Assembly: GCA_905331295.1 (NCBI GenBank)
Contig: CAJNYD010000048.1
Span: 186,001-250,000 of the forward strand
Direction of reading: 5' to 3'
Source of the DNA: Rotaria socialis
Lineage: Eukaryota
DNA: 64,000 nucleotides
The translations under genes and the position numbers were made by a program. Below are positions 62,977 through 64,000 of this stretch, piece by piece (within the stretch, counting starts at the first letter, position 1; each line of letters starts with the position of its first letter). A model generated the notes under the pieces. It made no database searches, was not told the DNA's origin, and saw only the letters and a list, made by a program, of their open reading frames with translations.

Positions 62977-64000
62977 TAGCATTGAATTGTATATTATTAT
63001 TAAAAGGAAATTAGTGTTAGATGATTCCATCATAACAGTTAATTTTGCCGAAAAAATAAGTAAAGTGACAATCTGTGGTGAATGACCTTTCTATCTCTTA
63101 TTTTCATTCCGGATACTACCAACAAGAACTGTTAACAATTTTATGGCTAATAAGAATAGAAATTCTATCGCTATGTTTTTTAACTCCAAAATAATAAGCT
63201 TTGTAATAACTAAGACACCCAGTTTCACTTGAAAGTTTTTTTATTGTAGTGTACTTTATCATTTGTATTACTTATACATATTGTCAATTGAGAACGAGGA
63301 AGAAAGCGAAATGTGATGTTCTGAATTGTTTATGAAAAACAATCAACAGTTTGCTATATCCTTTTATATAGTCTGAGTATACAATGGCAACAAATAAAAA
63401 TATCATTTTGAAACTAGTTGATGAACAGGAATCAAAAATGAAAAATTCTGATTTGCTCATTCTTATCAGAAAAAGAACACAGATGAGTACTCTTATCACT
63501 GTTCTTGTTTATGTAGAGAAAGACATCGAGATCTGATTTAATAAATCACATTTGGTGGACAAGCAAAATTATGTATAAATATATGTCAAACTGTTGATTA
63601 TTGTTCACTGACAATTTATAAAATCGCATTTCGGTGTGTTGCTCTTTCTACATGAGCAATATACATAAGAATACACCTCATCTTTAACTGTTGTTGATGA
63701 ACAACATGTGCAATATCCTACTAGAAGGTTAAATCAAATTCTTGTAGCACACGAATGTAATTGTGATTCATTATATTCATCAATTTAAGTTACCGATTGT
63801 TATACACATAACAATAATTGTCATTGGTTGATGAATATTCATACTAGCTTCAGGTATGTTATTTTACTATCTGAAAGAATACTAAATCAAATCTAAATGT
63901 ACTAATACACTAGTCCATAAAAAAGAAACAGCTATTCTGTGTTTTTACTTCTTTTACGTTTTTTTCTGTTTTTTGATGAAACATACAAAACATTAAAATT

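Noticed and set aside
63200..64000. Possible degraded gene at window end
   Set aside because: Frequent stops in the frames examined and no identifiable family.

Overview
AT-rich eukaryotic (animal) DNA with many short GT-AG introns of about 50-65 nt. The intron sizes, MITE types and (TGTGGG)n tracts suggest a bdelloid rotifer; this is inference. Left to right: (1) the 5' part of a TARBP1/Trm3-like gene on the minus strand; (2) a 25-kb tandem array of five related plus-strand genes, three apparently intact and two pseudogenes, encoding a very divergent Rel-homology (NF-kB/NFAT-like) domain with shared intron positions but variable accessory modules (possible pseudo-OTU N-domain, IPT-like domain, PLDLT motif, basic tail); (3) a head-to-head inverted pair of paralogous Cys/His-motif genes; (4) a decayed ubiquitin-specific protease gene; (5) eIF3c; (6) a full DAPK1-type kinase gene with a possible kinase-only alternative 3' end; (7) a small TPR-like gene. 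Many non-autonomous DNA transposons are interspersed, including a 1.4-kb foldback with ~650-bp arms inserted in an exon. The Rel-like array is the most notable system. All family assignments come from motif recognition by eye, with no database searches, and splice models were assembled by hand.
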